A DNA stretch of 64,000 nucleotides, taken from the NCBI GenBank assembly GCA_964386565.1, contig CAYLRU010000009.1, forward strand, positions 13,285-77,284, read 5' to 3'. How positions within the stretch are numbered: position 1 is the first letter of the stretch; each line of letters opens with the position of its first letter. The notes beneath the pieces are model-generated. The model made no database searches and was not told the origin of the DNA. It worked only from the letters and a program-made list of their open reading frames with translations. Source of the DNA: an uncultured Desulfobacteraceae bacterium (GTDB lineage Bacteria; Desulfobacterota; Desulfobacteria; Desulfobacterales; UBA5616). Both the position numbers and the translations under genes were made by a program. Positions 39,958 through 49,467 of this stretch are shown one piece after another.

Positions 39958-40398
39958 CTAAGTTTCGTATCTGTCGTATTCCATGATCTTTCTTGCCCGG
40001 GATGAATAGGGTGAGATCATTTCAAGCTCATCTTTCCGGATGGGTCGCCATTCCGTTGTATAAAGCGTTTCATTATGAATGGTGGCCATGGATGTAAATT
40101 TACCCACTTCCATATGGGGCGGGGGGCCGGGATGATACTCAACCCACAGGATTTTTTTAATATCCAAATTAAAATCCCGACACACGCTTTTGACCAGTTC
40201 AGAGGCGCAATTAGTGGCCGATGCCCCTTCACCGGTGTCGGAAACGATAACGACAATGGGTTTTAACATTAATACGCTGTTTTTCTCCTGGGAAAGATCG
40301 ATGATTTTCAGCCAATAAGCGCCGGCCCACCAGCTCACGGGGCGTAATTCCGATCTTTTCTCCCCGGACCAACTGTATTTCCCGTCATATATAATCAT
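39958..40398 (-). CDS. Hypothetical protein (146 aa), translationally coupled to queC
   Basis: Its ATG overlaps the queC TGA stop (ATGA at 40395-40398). I recognise no QueD, QueF or TGT motifs. Confidence 0.6.
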   Translation of the reverse strand: MIIYDGKYSWSGEKRSELRPVSWWAGAYWLKIIDLSQEKNSVLMLKPIVVIVSDTGEGASATNCASELVKSVCRDFNLDIKKILWVEYHPGPPPHMEVGKFTSMATIHNETLYTTEWRPIRKDELEMISPYSSRARKIMEYDRYET

Positions 40399-41105
40399 TG
40401 TGCATAAAGTGTCGGATCGGGTACACCAGCCGACTCAAATCCCATTTTTCTTATCATGCAACTGTCGCATTTCCCGCAAGCTGCGCCCCCGGGATCGGGG
40501 TCGTAACAACTGTGCGTAATCGCATAATCCACGCCCAAGCTGATGCCGGTCAGGATGATCTGTGCTTTGGTCATATGAATGAGGGGTGTTTGTATGCAGA
40601 TATTTGAACCGTCTTGTACTGCGGCTTTCAATCCGAGATTGGCCATTTTTTCAAAGGCGGCGATATATTCGGGCCGGCAGTCCGGATATCCGCTGTAATC
40701 CACCGCATTTACCCCGATAAAAATATCCCGGCTCCCCAATACTTCAGCCCAGGACAGGGCCAAGGATAAAAAAATTGTATTTCTTGCCGGAACATAGGTA
40801 GACGGGATCTCGTTTTTTATGACCCCTGTTTTCGGAACGTCGATGTTATCCGTGAGCGCGGAACCGCCTATTTGACGCAGATCAATATCCAATACCAGGT
40901 GTTTTTCCGCTCCCAATACTTCCGCTACATCCCGTGCGGCATCCAGTTCTCGGGAATGTCTTTGACCGTAATTGAATGTGAGACTGTAAATTAAAAAATT
41001 CCTGCTTTTTGCTATGGCCATGGCGGTGGTGGAGTCGATTCCCCCGCTGGAAAGAACAACTGCCTTTTTTTTCCCGTTTTTCCGTGTGGATAAATGTGAT
41101 TGCAT
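40395..41105 (-). CDS. queC: 7-cyano-7-deazaguanine (preQ0) synthase
   Basis: PP-loop [13 protein letters not shown] and C-terminal zinc cysteines CGKCDSC. Confidence 0.92.
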   Translation of the reverse strand: MQSHLSTRKNGKKKAVVLSSGGIDSTTAMAIAKSRNFLIYSLTFNYGQRHSRELDAARDVAEVLGAEKHLVLDIDLRQIGGSALTDNIDVPKTGVIKNEIPSTYVPARNTIFLSLALSWAEVLGSRDIFIGVNAVDYSGYPDCRPEYIAAFEKMANLGLKAAVQDGSNICIQTPLIHMTKAQIILTGISLGVDYAITHSCYDPDPGGAACGKCDSCMIRKMGFESAGVPDPTLYAQ

Positions 41106-41155
41106 ATTACCGATACGTTGCCTTATAAATAGATGAGAATGTTTTATAAAAAATT

Positions 41156-41800
41156 TTACACTCCTCGTTCAGTATTCGGCCAGATCGTTTTATGAAGCTG
41201 CAGATGGACCCTCACAGGCAGATGGTCCCAAAGGACCCACTTTGCCAGTTCCGCTGGATTTAGTACGCCATGAACAGGGGAAAACAATACATGGTGCAGG
41301 GGCACGCTTCCCGAAATCACCCAAAGCATGTTTTTGGCGAATTCATAGTCTTTCCGGTCCTGCATGACAAATTTGATTTGGTCTCTCGGGGTCAGGTGAG
41401 ATAAATTTTTCCTGTTAAAACTGGCATTTTCGTTGCTTCCGGGGCATTTGATGTCCATGATTTTCATGCATCGGTCATCCACGCGGCTGATATCCAGGCT
41501 TCCGTTTGTTTCCAGCATGACGTCATATTGACGGGAGAGCAATGATGAAATCAGCAACGGGACATCATCCTGCAACAGGGGTTCACCGCCGGTAATTTCC
41601 ACCAGCCGGCATTCAAACGCCGAAATTCGCCTTTCAATATCCGGTATTTCCCACTGCGTTCCGTTATCGTAGGCATAAGTGGTATCGCAATAGGAACATC
41701 GCAAATTACAGCCGGAAACACGGACGAATACGCACGGACGACCTGCATTTAAAGATTCTCCCTGAATACTGTAAAATATTTCATTTACCTGAATCGGCAT
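41156..41800 (-). CDS. queE: 7-carboxy-7-deazaguanine synthase (radical SAM)
   Basis: [16 protein letters not shown]... aligns with known QueE N-termini. The radical-SAM motif CNLRCSYC is present. The start is uncertain: ATGs at 41809 and 41908 are also in frame. The 326-aa ORF-track version was rejected. Confidence 0.85.
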   Translation of the reverse strand: MPIQVNEIFYSIQGESLNAGRPCVFVRVSGCNLRCSYCDTTYAYDNGTQWEIPDIERRISAFECRLVEITGGEPLLQDDVPLLISSLLSRQYDVMLETNGSLDISRVDDRCMKIMDIKCPGSNENASFNRKNLSHLTPRDQIKFVMQDRKDYEFAKNMLWVISGSVPLHHVLFSPVHGVLNPAELAKWVLWDHLPVRVHLQLHKTIWPNTERGV

Positions 41801-42099
41801 TTGATCCATGTCAGATGGGTTAAACAGGTTAAACCAATTTATGCTGATATTTATATCAATCGACGGTTTATTAGTAAATAACAACTTTTGATCCGATTGA
41901 TCTTTCATATTGACTGTGCTATTTGCCCTTGCAGAACGACGACCATGAGGATTTCCATTTCCCGGTGTTGAGAATGGTTCGAGGAGAAAAAAGAAAAAAC
42001 CGTGGATGCCTTCCATGAAAAACGTCCCCCGAAATTCGCCATGAAGCCGAGCATGGATATGCCTGATTTTTCTCCCTGGTGGTCTGAAAGAAAATTCAA

Positions 42100-44976
42100 A
42101 TGAAATCCGGTGGAAAACGAAAAACGACAAGGACACGGGAATACGACCATATCATTGTAAAGGGCGCAAAAGAGCACAATCTCAAGGATATAACCGTTAA
42201 GCTCCCGAAAAAAAAACTCATTGTGTTTACAGGTGTTTCCGGATCCGGAAAATCAAGCTTGGCCTTTGATACCATATTCGCCGAAGGACAGCGGCGGTAT
42301 ATAGAATCCCTGTCCTCCTATGCGCGGCAGTTTTTGGGCCAGATGGAAAAGCCCAAGTACGACACGATAAAAGGGCTTTCCCCCACCATCAGTATCGAAC
42401 AGAAATCCGCCGGCAAAAATCCCCGTTCCACGGTTGGGACCATTACGGAAGTGTACGACTATCTGAGGGTTCTTTTTTCAAGAATCGGTGTTCAGTATTG
42501 CCATAAATGCGGCAAAAAGGTCGGCAGAGGGGATGCCGAAAGCATGGTTTCGCAGATCCTGTCAATGCCGGAAAAAACACGGATATTGCTTCTTGCACCG
42601 ATCATTGAAAATCGCAAGGGCGAACACCGGGACCTCATAGAGGAACTCAAAAGGGACGGATTTGCACGCATCCGTATAGACGGGGTGGTCCAGAATTTGG
42701 CGGATGTTTTACAACTTTCAAAACATAAAAAACACAATATTGAAGTGGTGGTGGATCGCCTGGTGATCAACACGGGCAAGGCGTTTCGAACCCGGTTGAC
42801 GGATTCGGTTGAAACTGCTTTAAAATACGGAAAAGGAAGTCTCGTTGTCCATGTGGTGGATCGTGAGGATATCCGTATGAGTGAGGCGCGGTCCTGTTGC
42901 GGATTTGCCTTTCCCGAGCTTGATCCACCGCTGTTTTCATTTAATTCTCCCCAGGGTATGTGCCCTGAATGCAACGGCATTGGTACGGTATTATCCATGG
43001 ATCCGGATAAAATTGTGCCCGACCCCCATCTTTCCATCCGGGAGGGTGCCGTCCTTCCGTGGAAAAACTATTTCCAAAAACACGGCAACAAGTCATGGGG
43101 ATTGAAAAAGATTGAGGCACTGGAAAAACAATTCGGACTGAATCTCGATATTCCGTGGAAAAAATTACCGAAAAGGCAAAGGGATTTATGCCTTTACGGG
43201 GCTGATGGACGGGAAGTGACGGTGAGATGGGACTCGGAAAAAATCAAGGGAGACATCACGACGAATGTCGAAGGTCTGTTGAACGGTTTGATGCGCCGGT
43301 ATCTGCAAACCAAATCCGAGGGGGCGAAGAAATGGTACTCCAGATTCATGTCCTCGGCAAAATGCCCGGTATGCAACGGAAGCCGCCTGAAACCCGAAGT
43401 ACGTCATGTGCTGGTGGAAGGACGCTCCATTATCGATATTACACAGATGTCGATAAAGGAAAGTTATAACTTTTTTAATACCCTTGATCTTGAAGGCAAC
43501 CGAAAACTCATTGCCGGCGAACTGCTCAAAGAAATTATTAACCGACTGGGATTTCTCATCAATGTGGGATTGGACTATCTTACCCTGGACAGAAAGGGAC
43601 CGACGCTTTCCGGCGGAGAATCCCAACGCATCAGGCTTGCATCCCAGGTCGGGTCTGAACTGACCGGGGTTTTGTATATTCTCGATGAACCCTCCATCGG
43701 TCTTCACCAGAGAGACAACAGAAAACTGTTAAACAGCCTTTGTCATTTACGGGATATCGGAAATACCCTCATAATTGTTGAACATGATCAGGAAACCATT
43801 GAAACGGCGGACTGGGTGGTTGATATCGGACCCGGCGCCGGTCTTCTGGGAGGTCAAATCGTTGCGGAAGGGACCCCGGCCCAAATAAAAAAACACCCGG
43901 TTTCCCTGACTGGAAAATATCTCAGCGGAAAAGAGAAAATACCGGTTCCGGAAAGCCGGCGAAGTCCGGAATCCGTTGGAAACCATTGGATTACGGTTAA
44001 AAAAGCATGTGAAAATAACTTGGCGAATATCACCGTAAAAATTCCATTGGGCCTGTTTGTCCTGATTACAGGCGTGTCAGGTGCCGGCAAATCGACCCTT
44101 ACCAATCAGATCCTGTATCCTGCACTTGTGCGAAAACTCCACAACAGCAGTATTGAAGTGGGAAAACACGGGGGAATATCCGGACTTAACCATCTGGACA
44201 AGGTGATCAATATCGACCAGAAAGCCATCGGTCGAACACCGAGGAGCAATCCGGCAACCTATACGAAAGTATTTGACCATATCCGGGACCTGTTCTCCAT
44301 GCTTCCGGAATCAAGGGCGCGGGGCTACAAGAAGGGCAGGTTTTCGTTTAACGTCAAGGGTGGACGATGTGAATACTGTGCCGGAGACGGGTACATCCGG
44401 GTTGAAATGCATTTTTTGCCTGACGTATTTGTTCCCTGCGAAATCTGCAAGGGGAAACGGTTTAATACAACCACACTGGAAATCCTTTACAAGAGGCACT
44501 CCATAGCGGATGTGCTGAATCTTTCCGTTCGACAGGCAATGGATCTTTTCAAACACCACCCGAAAATCAAGGCCATACTTGACACCCTGATGCAGGTGGG
44601 CCTCGGTTATATCAAGCTCGGTCAATCAGCCACCACTTTGTCAGGGGGAGAAGCACAGAGGATTAAGCTGGCAAAGGAACTGGCAAAAAAAAGTACGGGC
44701 CGGACCTTGTACATTTTGGATGAACCCACAACCGGACTTCACTTTGACGATATCCGGATGCTCATAACCGTTTTGCAGAATTTGGTGAATGCCGGAAATA
44801 CGGTGGTGGTGATCGAACACAACCTGGATGTGATCAAATCTGCGGACTGGATCATCGATCTGGGTCCGGAAGGCGGCAGCGAAGGCGGACGAATCGTAGC
44901 AGCGGGCCCGCCTGAAAAGCTGGCAAAATCCAAAGACAGCCATACTGGAAAATTTTTAAGAAAAATATTAGGATGA
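42100..44976 (+). CDS. uvrA: Excinuclease ABC subunit A
   Basis: Two ABC modules (GVSGSGKSS and GVSGAGKST), signature motifs LSGGE, and zinc-finger cysteines. An in-frame stop at 42085-42087 limits any upstream extension. Confidence 0.97.
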   Translation: MKSGGKRKTTRTREYDHIIVKGAKEHNLKDITVKLPKKKLIVFTGVSGSGKSSLAFDTIFAEGQRRYIESLSSYARQFLGQMEKPKYDTIKGLSPTISIEQKSAGKNPRSTVGTITEVYDYLRVLFSRIGVQYCHKCGKKVGRGDAESMVSQILSMPEKTRILLLAPIIENRKGEHRDLIEELKRDGFARIRIDGVVQNLADVLQLSKHKKHNIEVVVDRLVINTGKAFRTRLTDSVETALKYGKGSLVVHVVDREDIRMSEARSCCGFAFPELDPPLFSFNSPQGMCPECNGIGTVLSMDPDKIVPDPHLSIREGAVLPWKNYFQKHGNKSWGLKKIEALEKQFGLNLDIPWKKLPKRQRDLCLYGADGREVTVRWDSEKIKGDITTNVEGLLNGLMRRYLQTKSEGAKKWYSRFMSSAKCPVCNGSRLKPEVRHVLVEGRSIIDITQMSIKESYNFFNTLDLEGNRKLIAGELLKEIINRLGFLINVGLDYLTLDRKGPTLSGGESQRIRLASQVGSELTGVLYILDEPSIGLHQRDNRKLLNSLCHLRDIGNTLIIVEHDQETIETADWVVDIGPGAGLLGGQIVAEGTPAQIKKHPVSLTGKYLSGKEKIPVPESRRSPESVGNHWITVKKACENNLANITVKIPLGLFVLITGVSGAGKSTLTNQILYPALVRKLHNSSIEVGKHGGISGLNHLDKVINIDQKAIGRTPRSNPATYTKVFDHIRDLFSMLPESRARGYKKGRFSFNVKGGRCEYCAGDGYIRVEMHFLPDVFVPCEICKGKRFNTTTLEILYKRHSIADVLNLSVRQAMDLFKHHPKIKAILDTLMQVGLGYIKLGQSATTLSGGEAQRIKLAKELAKKSTGRTLYILDEPTTGLHFDDIRMLITVLQNLVNAGNTVVVIEHNLDVIKSADWIIDLGPEGGSEGGRIVAAGPPEKLAKSKDSHTGKFLRKILG

Positions 44977-46196
44977 ACCGCATGAATACTATTTGCAAAT
45001 TAAAAAACACCATTCAGACGTATGCCTGGGGGTCCTGTACCGCCATTCCCGAACTGATGGGGAAGCCCACACCGTCCAAAACACCCCAGGCGGAACTTTG
45101 GATGGGAGCACATCCAAAGGCACCGTCAAGGGCATTTTACCAAAATCGATGGGTTCCATTGACGGAGCTTATTGAACACTATCCAAGAGAGATCCTCGGC
45201 GAATCCGTCATGAACAGTTTCGGCAAGAACCTACCGTATTTATTCAAGGTACTGGCTGCCGACAGGCCGTTGTCCATTCAGGCCCATCCGGATCGTATTC
45301 AGGCAAAGATAGGGTTTGAACGGGAAAACAGGCTTCAAATCCCCATGGATGCGTTTAATCGAAACTACAGGGATGACAACCATAAACCCGAGTGTATCTG
45401 CGCTTTGACGCCGTTTTGGGCATTAAACGGATTTAGACCGGCTTTGGAAATCCTGGAAATCCTGGAAGCTTATTTTCCCGGCGGTTTCAACATGGAAAAA
45501 AAGATTCTTAAGTACGGGAACAGCCGGGATGGGCTGAAGGCTTTTTTTCAGCATTTAATGACAATGGATGAAAAAAGTAAAACCTCTTTGATTGATAATG
45601 TCGTTGCCTTGGCTGAAAAAATTTCCAGCCCCCCCCCGATGGTTGAATGGGTCATCCGGCTTCACCAGGAATATCCCGGAGATATCGGTCTGTTATCTCC
45701 TTTATTTTTAAATCTCATTTGCCTGGAACCGGGTCAGGCCATGTATCTGCCCGCAGGAGAACTTCATGCCTACCTGAGAGGAACCGCAATCGAATTGATG
45801 GCGAATTCGGACAATGTCCTGAGGGGTGGATTGACTGGCAAACACATTGATGTGCCCGAACTCATCAACATCCTGACGTTCAATTCCCGGCGAATCAATT
45901 GCTTAACGCCAAGGGCCATCAGTCCATCTGAAGGGGTTTATGACAGCATCTCAGAAGAATTTATGTTGTCACGAATACGGGTTGATGAGAAGATCGTCCA
46001 TGAAAGCGGCCTGAACAGGAGCGTAGAAATTCTTTTGTGCACAGAGGGAAGGGCGCTCATCAGCCCATTGGAGGCTTTCGAAGAAATATCTGTTGCCAGG
46101 GGGGATTCGGTTCTGGTTCCGGCTGCTGTAAAAAAATACAGCATCAAAGGTGATGCTGTATTCTATAAAGCGTTCGTCCCTAAAACGTTTCGTTAA
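44973..46196 (+). CDS. manA: Mannose-6-phosphate isomerase, class I
   Basis: Motifs YAWGS, SIQAHPD and ELMANSDNVLRGGLT. The ATG overlaps the uvrA stop (ATGA). Confidence 0.88.
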   Translation: MNRMNTICKLKNTIQTYAWGSCTAIPELMGKPTPSKTPQAELWMGAHPKAPSRAFYQNRWVPLTELIEHYPREILGESVMNSFGKNLPYLFKVLAADRPLSIQAHPDRIQAKIGFERENRLQIPMDAFNRNYRDDNHKPECICALTPFWALNGFRPALEILEILEAYFPGGFNMEKKILKYGNSRDGLKAFFQHLMTMDEKSKTSLIDNVVALAEKISSPPPMVEWVIRLHQEYPGDIGLLSPLFLNLICLEPGQAMYLPAGELHAYLRGTAIELMANSDNVLRGGLTGKHIDVPELINILTFNSRRINCLTPRAISPSEGVYDSISEEFMLSRIRVDEKIVHESGLNRSVEILLCTEGRALISPLEAFEEISVARGDSVLVPAAVKKYSIKGDAVFYKAFVPKTFR

Positions 46197-46855
46197 AAAT
46201 AGTAATTCAAGCCAATACCCAGAACAGATGCGTTCAAGGCGACATCTTTTGTTTCTTCCGTCAGATCGGAATGAACCAGTTCAAACTCTGCTTGGTTAAA
46301 AATTACTTTAAGGTCCATATAAACGGAAAAGCGGTTTTTAAAAAACATTTCCGCACCTACATTGGCATGGAATCCGAAACTGTTGTTAACATCCGTCTGT
46401 ACATTTAACGGGAAAAAACCAGCCAGTCCTTCTTGTTTTTCCTGATCAAAGGAGTTGATAAAATAATTGGCGCCCAGGCCAAAGAATACGTTGATATCGG
46501 TTTTCTGAATGGGATGCTGATAACGGGCTGTTAAAAAAATAGGGATTTGCTGAATATCTCCGAGCTTGCCGGTCCTGTCGTCATATTCCGCCTCCAATTC
46601 CGTCTGGATGAACCGGGTGCTTAATTCAAGGGAAAAGGATTTGTTCAGAAAAAACGTTCCGTTAATGCCAAGGAAGGGAACCGTTTCAAAGTTGGCATCC
46701 ACTTCTCCTATTTCCGAAGATGCGGTATTGTAATAGCCGACATTGACGCCCACGGCAAATCGTTTGAATTCGTCTTCTGCCATGGCAATTCCCGATTGCA
46801 TCCACAAGATCATCACACCTATGCTCAAACCGATAAATTTGACGGATTTTTTCAT
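46193..46855 (-). CDS. Outer-membrane beta-barrel protein (OmpW-like)
   Basis: Signal peptide MKKSVKFIGLSIGVMILWMQSGIAMA, alternating beta-strand pattern, and a C-terminal ...GLNYYF. Confidence 0.7.
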   Translation of the reverse strand: MKKSVKFIGLSIGVMILWMQSGIAMAEDEFKRFAVGVNVGYYNTASSEIGEVDANFETVPFLGINGTFFLNKSFSLELSTRFIQTELEAEYDDRTGKLGDIQQIPIFLTARYQHPIQKTDINVFFGLGANYFINSFDQEKQEGLAGFFPLNVQTDVNNSFGFHANVGAEMFFKNRFSVYMDLKVIFNQAEFELVHSDLTEETKDVALNASVLGIGLNYYF

Positions 46856-46896
46856 GATATGTTTATATTTCCTTCATTCATTTAAGATTTATGATG

Positions 46897-48843
46897 TTAT
46901 AAACATTCGTCTCCACTGACGTTTTCCGGGAAAACCGCATCATTATCGTCATCACAATCGATCCAGCCCTTCAGTAAGGGGTCATAGACAGGTACGGATA
47001 TCAATTCCGGAATCATCCCCGGATTTGCCAAAAAACCATCTGCGTCAGCATCCAGGTTATACGGATCAATGGGCAATACCAGCGCATCAATATCTAATTC
47101 TTCAATATCCAGCCCGATCTCCATTGCGTTGATTTCCTGAATAAACCGGTTGGCGATGTCGGCATTTCCGGAATAAGAGGGATGATAGCCGTCCAGGCTG
47201 AAAAAACCACCACCGAATCTCTTGTTCAACACGTTTTCCGCTGTCGGAACGCCTCCATTTTTAAGCTGATCATAGTAGGTCTTCATATCCACCAGGACAA
47301 CATTATCATACAGCAATGAAAGCGCCTCAATATGGGCGTTAATGGTATCGACCCGGGTGTTGATGAGATCAATTTCAGCCGGACTCAGGAAATTGGCGTC
47401 ATCGGCAAGAACCTGTAAAATGGCGGCATTCAGCGTTGCGTCGTCGGAATTCAATGCCCTGGATATGCTGGTCTCAACTTGGCTGATATCGCCTATAAAA
47501 GGATCGAATCCGATCAGTTCATCTTCTCCGATGGCGGTCACAGATGGGTTGTCGTACACCGCAAGAGCCTCTATATCGCTTTTACTGAAAAAACAGCCCA
47601 AAGTGTCGACATGGGGAATGGTTGCGATAAACACATAGGCATATGGAACCTGGCGCAGGGATTCAACCATGTCATCCAAATTTGCCTTGACCGAATCCAG
47701 ATCATGACCGGCGTCCGTATCGTTTAAATAGTCTGAAATGGCCGTTTCGGTAAGCTCTGTGCCGCCGTTTCGGAAGGCTGCCGCAAGGCTGTCTTGGGCA
47801 CCGATCCATACGGTAAAGATTTTCAGCCGATCCGGATGAAGACCTGCAACATACAATGCCGCATCCAGTTGAGTGACTTCTGTTTCACTGTCTTCAGGAA
47901 TCGGCAGCATCAATTCATCCAGCAGGTCATTGCCACTTCCGGTGAGCTCATACACCAAGGATTTTGTTGTGGCGCCGTCAACACCGAGATTATACGGGGT
48001 TTTGATTTCATCATCTTCCAATAAACGACTGAAATTTCTTTCTTCGTCCGTAATTTCAAGCATCGGGTTTTGCCAGACCAGTTCCGAGGCATCATCAAGT
48101 TGATAGCTGATATAAGCGGCAAATCCTGCCACCTGGGTATATTGGTGAACATTTCCGAATCCGCTTTGGGTTCCGTTGGTGAGACCGTCTCCCAAATTGA
48201 TCATGACCGTGGGAGTGGCATTGTAATCGGCAAGCGTGGCATAAAAATGCGTCCATGCCGATTCACTGGTTACAAGTGTTCGAATGCCGTCCGTAAACAC
48301 GCCTTCGGTATTCAGTGTGTCGAGGAGTGTCTGGATTCCGGTCTGATTTCCGAAATCATCCATTGGGACATCAAATTGAATGCCAAGACCGTTTTCCACC
48401 AAATCCCTGATAATATCGCGTATGGCCTGGGAGATAAAAATACCGTCATCCGGATCTCCATTGACGTCTAACGACAGAAGCAGTCGGCAGATGTTGGTAA
48501 CGGTGGGGTGGGTGACAAAAGCATCAGGTTCATCCACCAGATCTATGGGCGACATCAGTTCTTTTGCGGCAGCAGGTTCCCCGATCATTAAACCGCCGAT
48601 TGTAAACGTGACAGTTTCATTTTCCGCAAAATAAAATTTGCCGCTGCTGTCTGTAATACCGGCACGGTGACCGCTCTGAAATTCCAATCCTTCGATTTCG
48701 CCATCAATAAATACACCCGTGTTTAAGGGATCGGATTCACTGCTGCCGCATCCCCAAAATACCATACAGGTCACTCCAAGGCAGATAAACAGTTTGAAAA
48801 TATTAAAAATGAAAACGGTCTGAATAGGGTGCTTCTTTTTCAT
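46897..48843 (-). CDS. Secreted or lipid-anchored SGNH/GDSL-like hydrolase-fold protein with an N-terminal beta-sandwich region
   Basis: Start moved to MKKKHPIQTVFIF... (ATG at 48843). SGNH-like blocks: LGDGLTNG, YNLGVDGATT, WIGAQDS and LDGYHPS. Block I has Gly where the Ser nucleophile is expected (48181-48192). Confidence 0.65.
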   Translation of the reverse strand: MKKKHPIQTVFIFNIFKLFICLGVTCMVFWGCGSSESDPLNTGVFIDGEIEGLEFQSGHRAGITDSSGKFYFAENETVTFTIGGLMIGEPAAAKELMSPIDLVDEPDAFVTHPTVTNICRLLLSLDVNGDPDDGIFISQAIRDIIRDLVENGLGIQFDVPMDDFGNQTGIQTLLDTLNTEGVFTDGIRTLVTSESAWTHFYATLADYNATPTVMINLGDGLTNGTQSGFGNVHQYTQVAGFAAYISYQLDDASELVWQNPMLEITDEERNFSRLLEDDEIKTPYNLGVDGATTKSLVYELTGSGNDLLDELMLPIPEDSETEVTQLDAALYVAGLHPDRLKIFTVWIGAQDSLAAAFRNGGTELTETAISDYLNDTDAGHDLDSVKANLDDMVESLRQVPYAYVFIATIPHVDTLGCFFSKSDIEALAVYDNPSVTAIGEDELIGFDPFIGDISQVETSISRALNSDDATLNAAILQVLADDANFLSPAEIDLINTRVDTINAHIEALSLLYDNVVLVDMKTYYDQLKNGGVPTAENVLNKRFGGGFFSLDGYHPSYSGNADIANRFIQEINAMEIGLDIEELDIDALVLPIDPYNLDADADGFLANPGMIPELISVPVYDPLLKGWIDCDDDNDAVFPENVSGDECL

Positions 48844-48923
48844 CAGACAACACATCTCCTTTCGGTAAGTCCCGTAATTTTTTTTGCAAAATAGCATAAA
48901 AAATATTCTTATCGATCGGTGTA

Positions 48924-49145
48924 TCAGGTGTAATGATCAGGATTTTTAACATATCCTTCAAAATCATTTTCAAATAAAAAACGGGATATTATCCTACTGA
49001 CGGCATCTGCCGTGTCAACCTGATAGCGGCCTTTGCCATTTCGGCCCGCCAGTTTTTTGGAGATATCGACAACGGATGAAAGGGCCTGGACGCTCAACTC
49101 GATATTTACATGTATGACAACGGTTTCCTTATCCTGTGCAGACAC
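48924..49145 (-). CDS. Possible small hypothetical protein (73 aa, GTG start)
   Basis: The only support is an ORF positioned directly upstream of, and co-oriented with, the SGNH-like gene. Confidence 0.3.
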   Translation of the reverse strand: MSAQDKETVVIHVNIELSVQALSSVVDISKKLAGRNGKGRYQVDTADAVSRIISRFLFENDFEGYVKNPDHYT

Positions 49146-49467
49146 AAAAAATAATTCCTGTTTTCATTAAGTTGACTGGAAAATATGGATCGGTAAATGC
49201 AGTTCGCCTATATCAGTTCCTTTTAAATGGGTCAAGAACAGAAAAAATAACAAAAACGTGATTTTCGTATACCAGCGCAAATCAAAAGGCCGATTGAGAA
49301 TTTCATAGGAGCGAAAACAAAGGCCTGGGCCAAAAGATATTATTTATGATCAGATATTTACTATATCGGAGAAAGTAGATCAACACTGCTTTAGAGAGCG
49401 ATTCTGTTTGCCCGTTTTGTCTATATTTGCTATATAATTCTTTAATATTTTTATAGCATCGCTTTGG

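Noticed and set aside
41801-42099. Possible preQ1 riboswitch upstream of queE, or a LexA/SOS box upstream of uvrA, in the divergent spacer.
   Set aside because: There is no short hairpin followed by an A-rich tail ending at the RBS, which is the preQ1-I pattern. There is no CTGT-N8-ACAG or GGTT-N2-C-N4-G-N3-ACC-type palindrome. The nearest candidate, CTGTgctatttgcccttgCAG, has the wrong spacing.
41801-42136. The ORF track extends queE to 326 aa, adding 112 N-terminal codons that cross the whole queE-uvrA spacer and overlap the uvrA start. A second minus-strand frame (41905-42177) is also open.
   Set aside because: The extension (MSLSFFVFHRISFEFSF...) is low-complexity and matches nothing I recognise. 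Known QueE proteins begin at the equivalent of MPIQVNEIF.. . The plus strand here is purine-rich, so the minus strand is naturally poor in stop codons. With about 55 genes in the window, one stop-free upstream run of this length is not surprising.
45446-45463. In-frame 9-bp tandem duplication ggaaatcct x2 in manA (LEILEILE). A similar one, gaacgtgca x2, lies at 54224-54241 in xseA (ERAERA).
   Set aside because: These are short in-frame duplications in loop-like or helical regions. They are normal micro-indel variation with no further structure.
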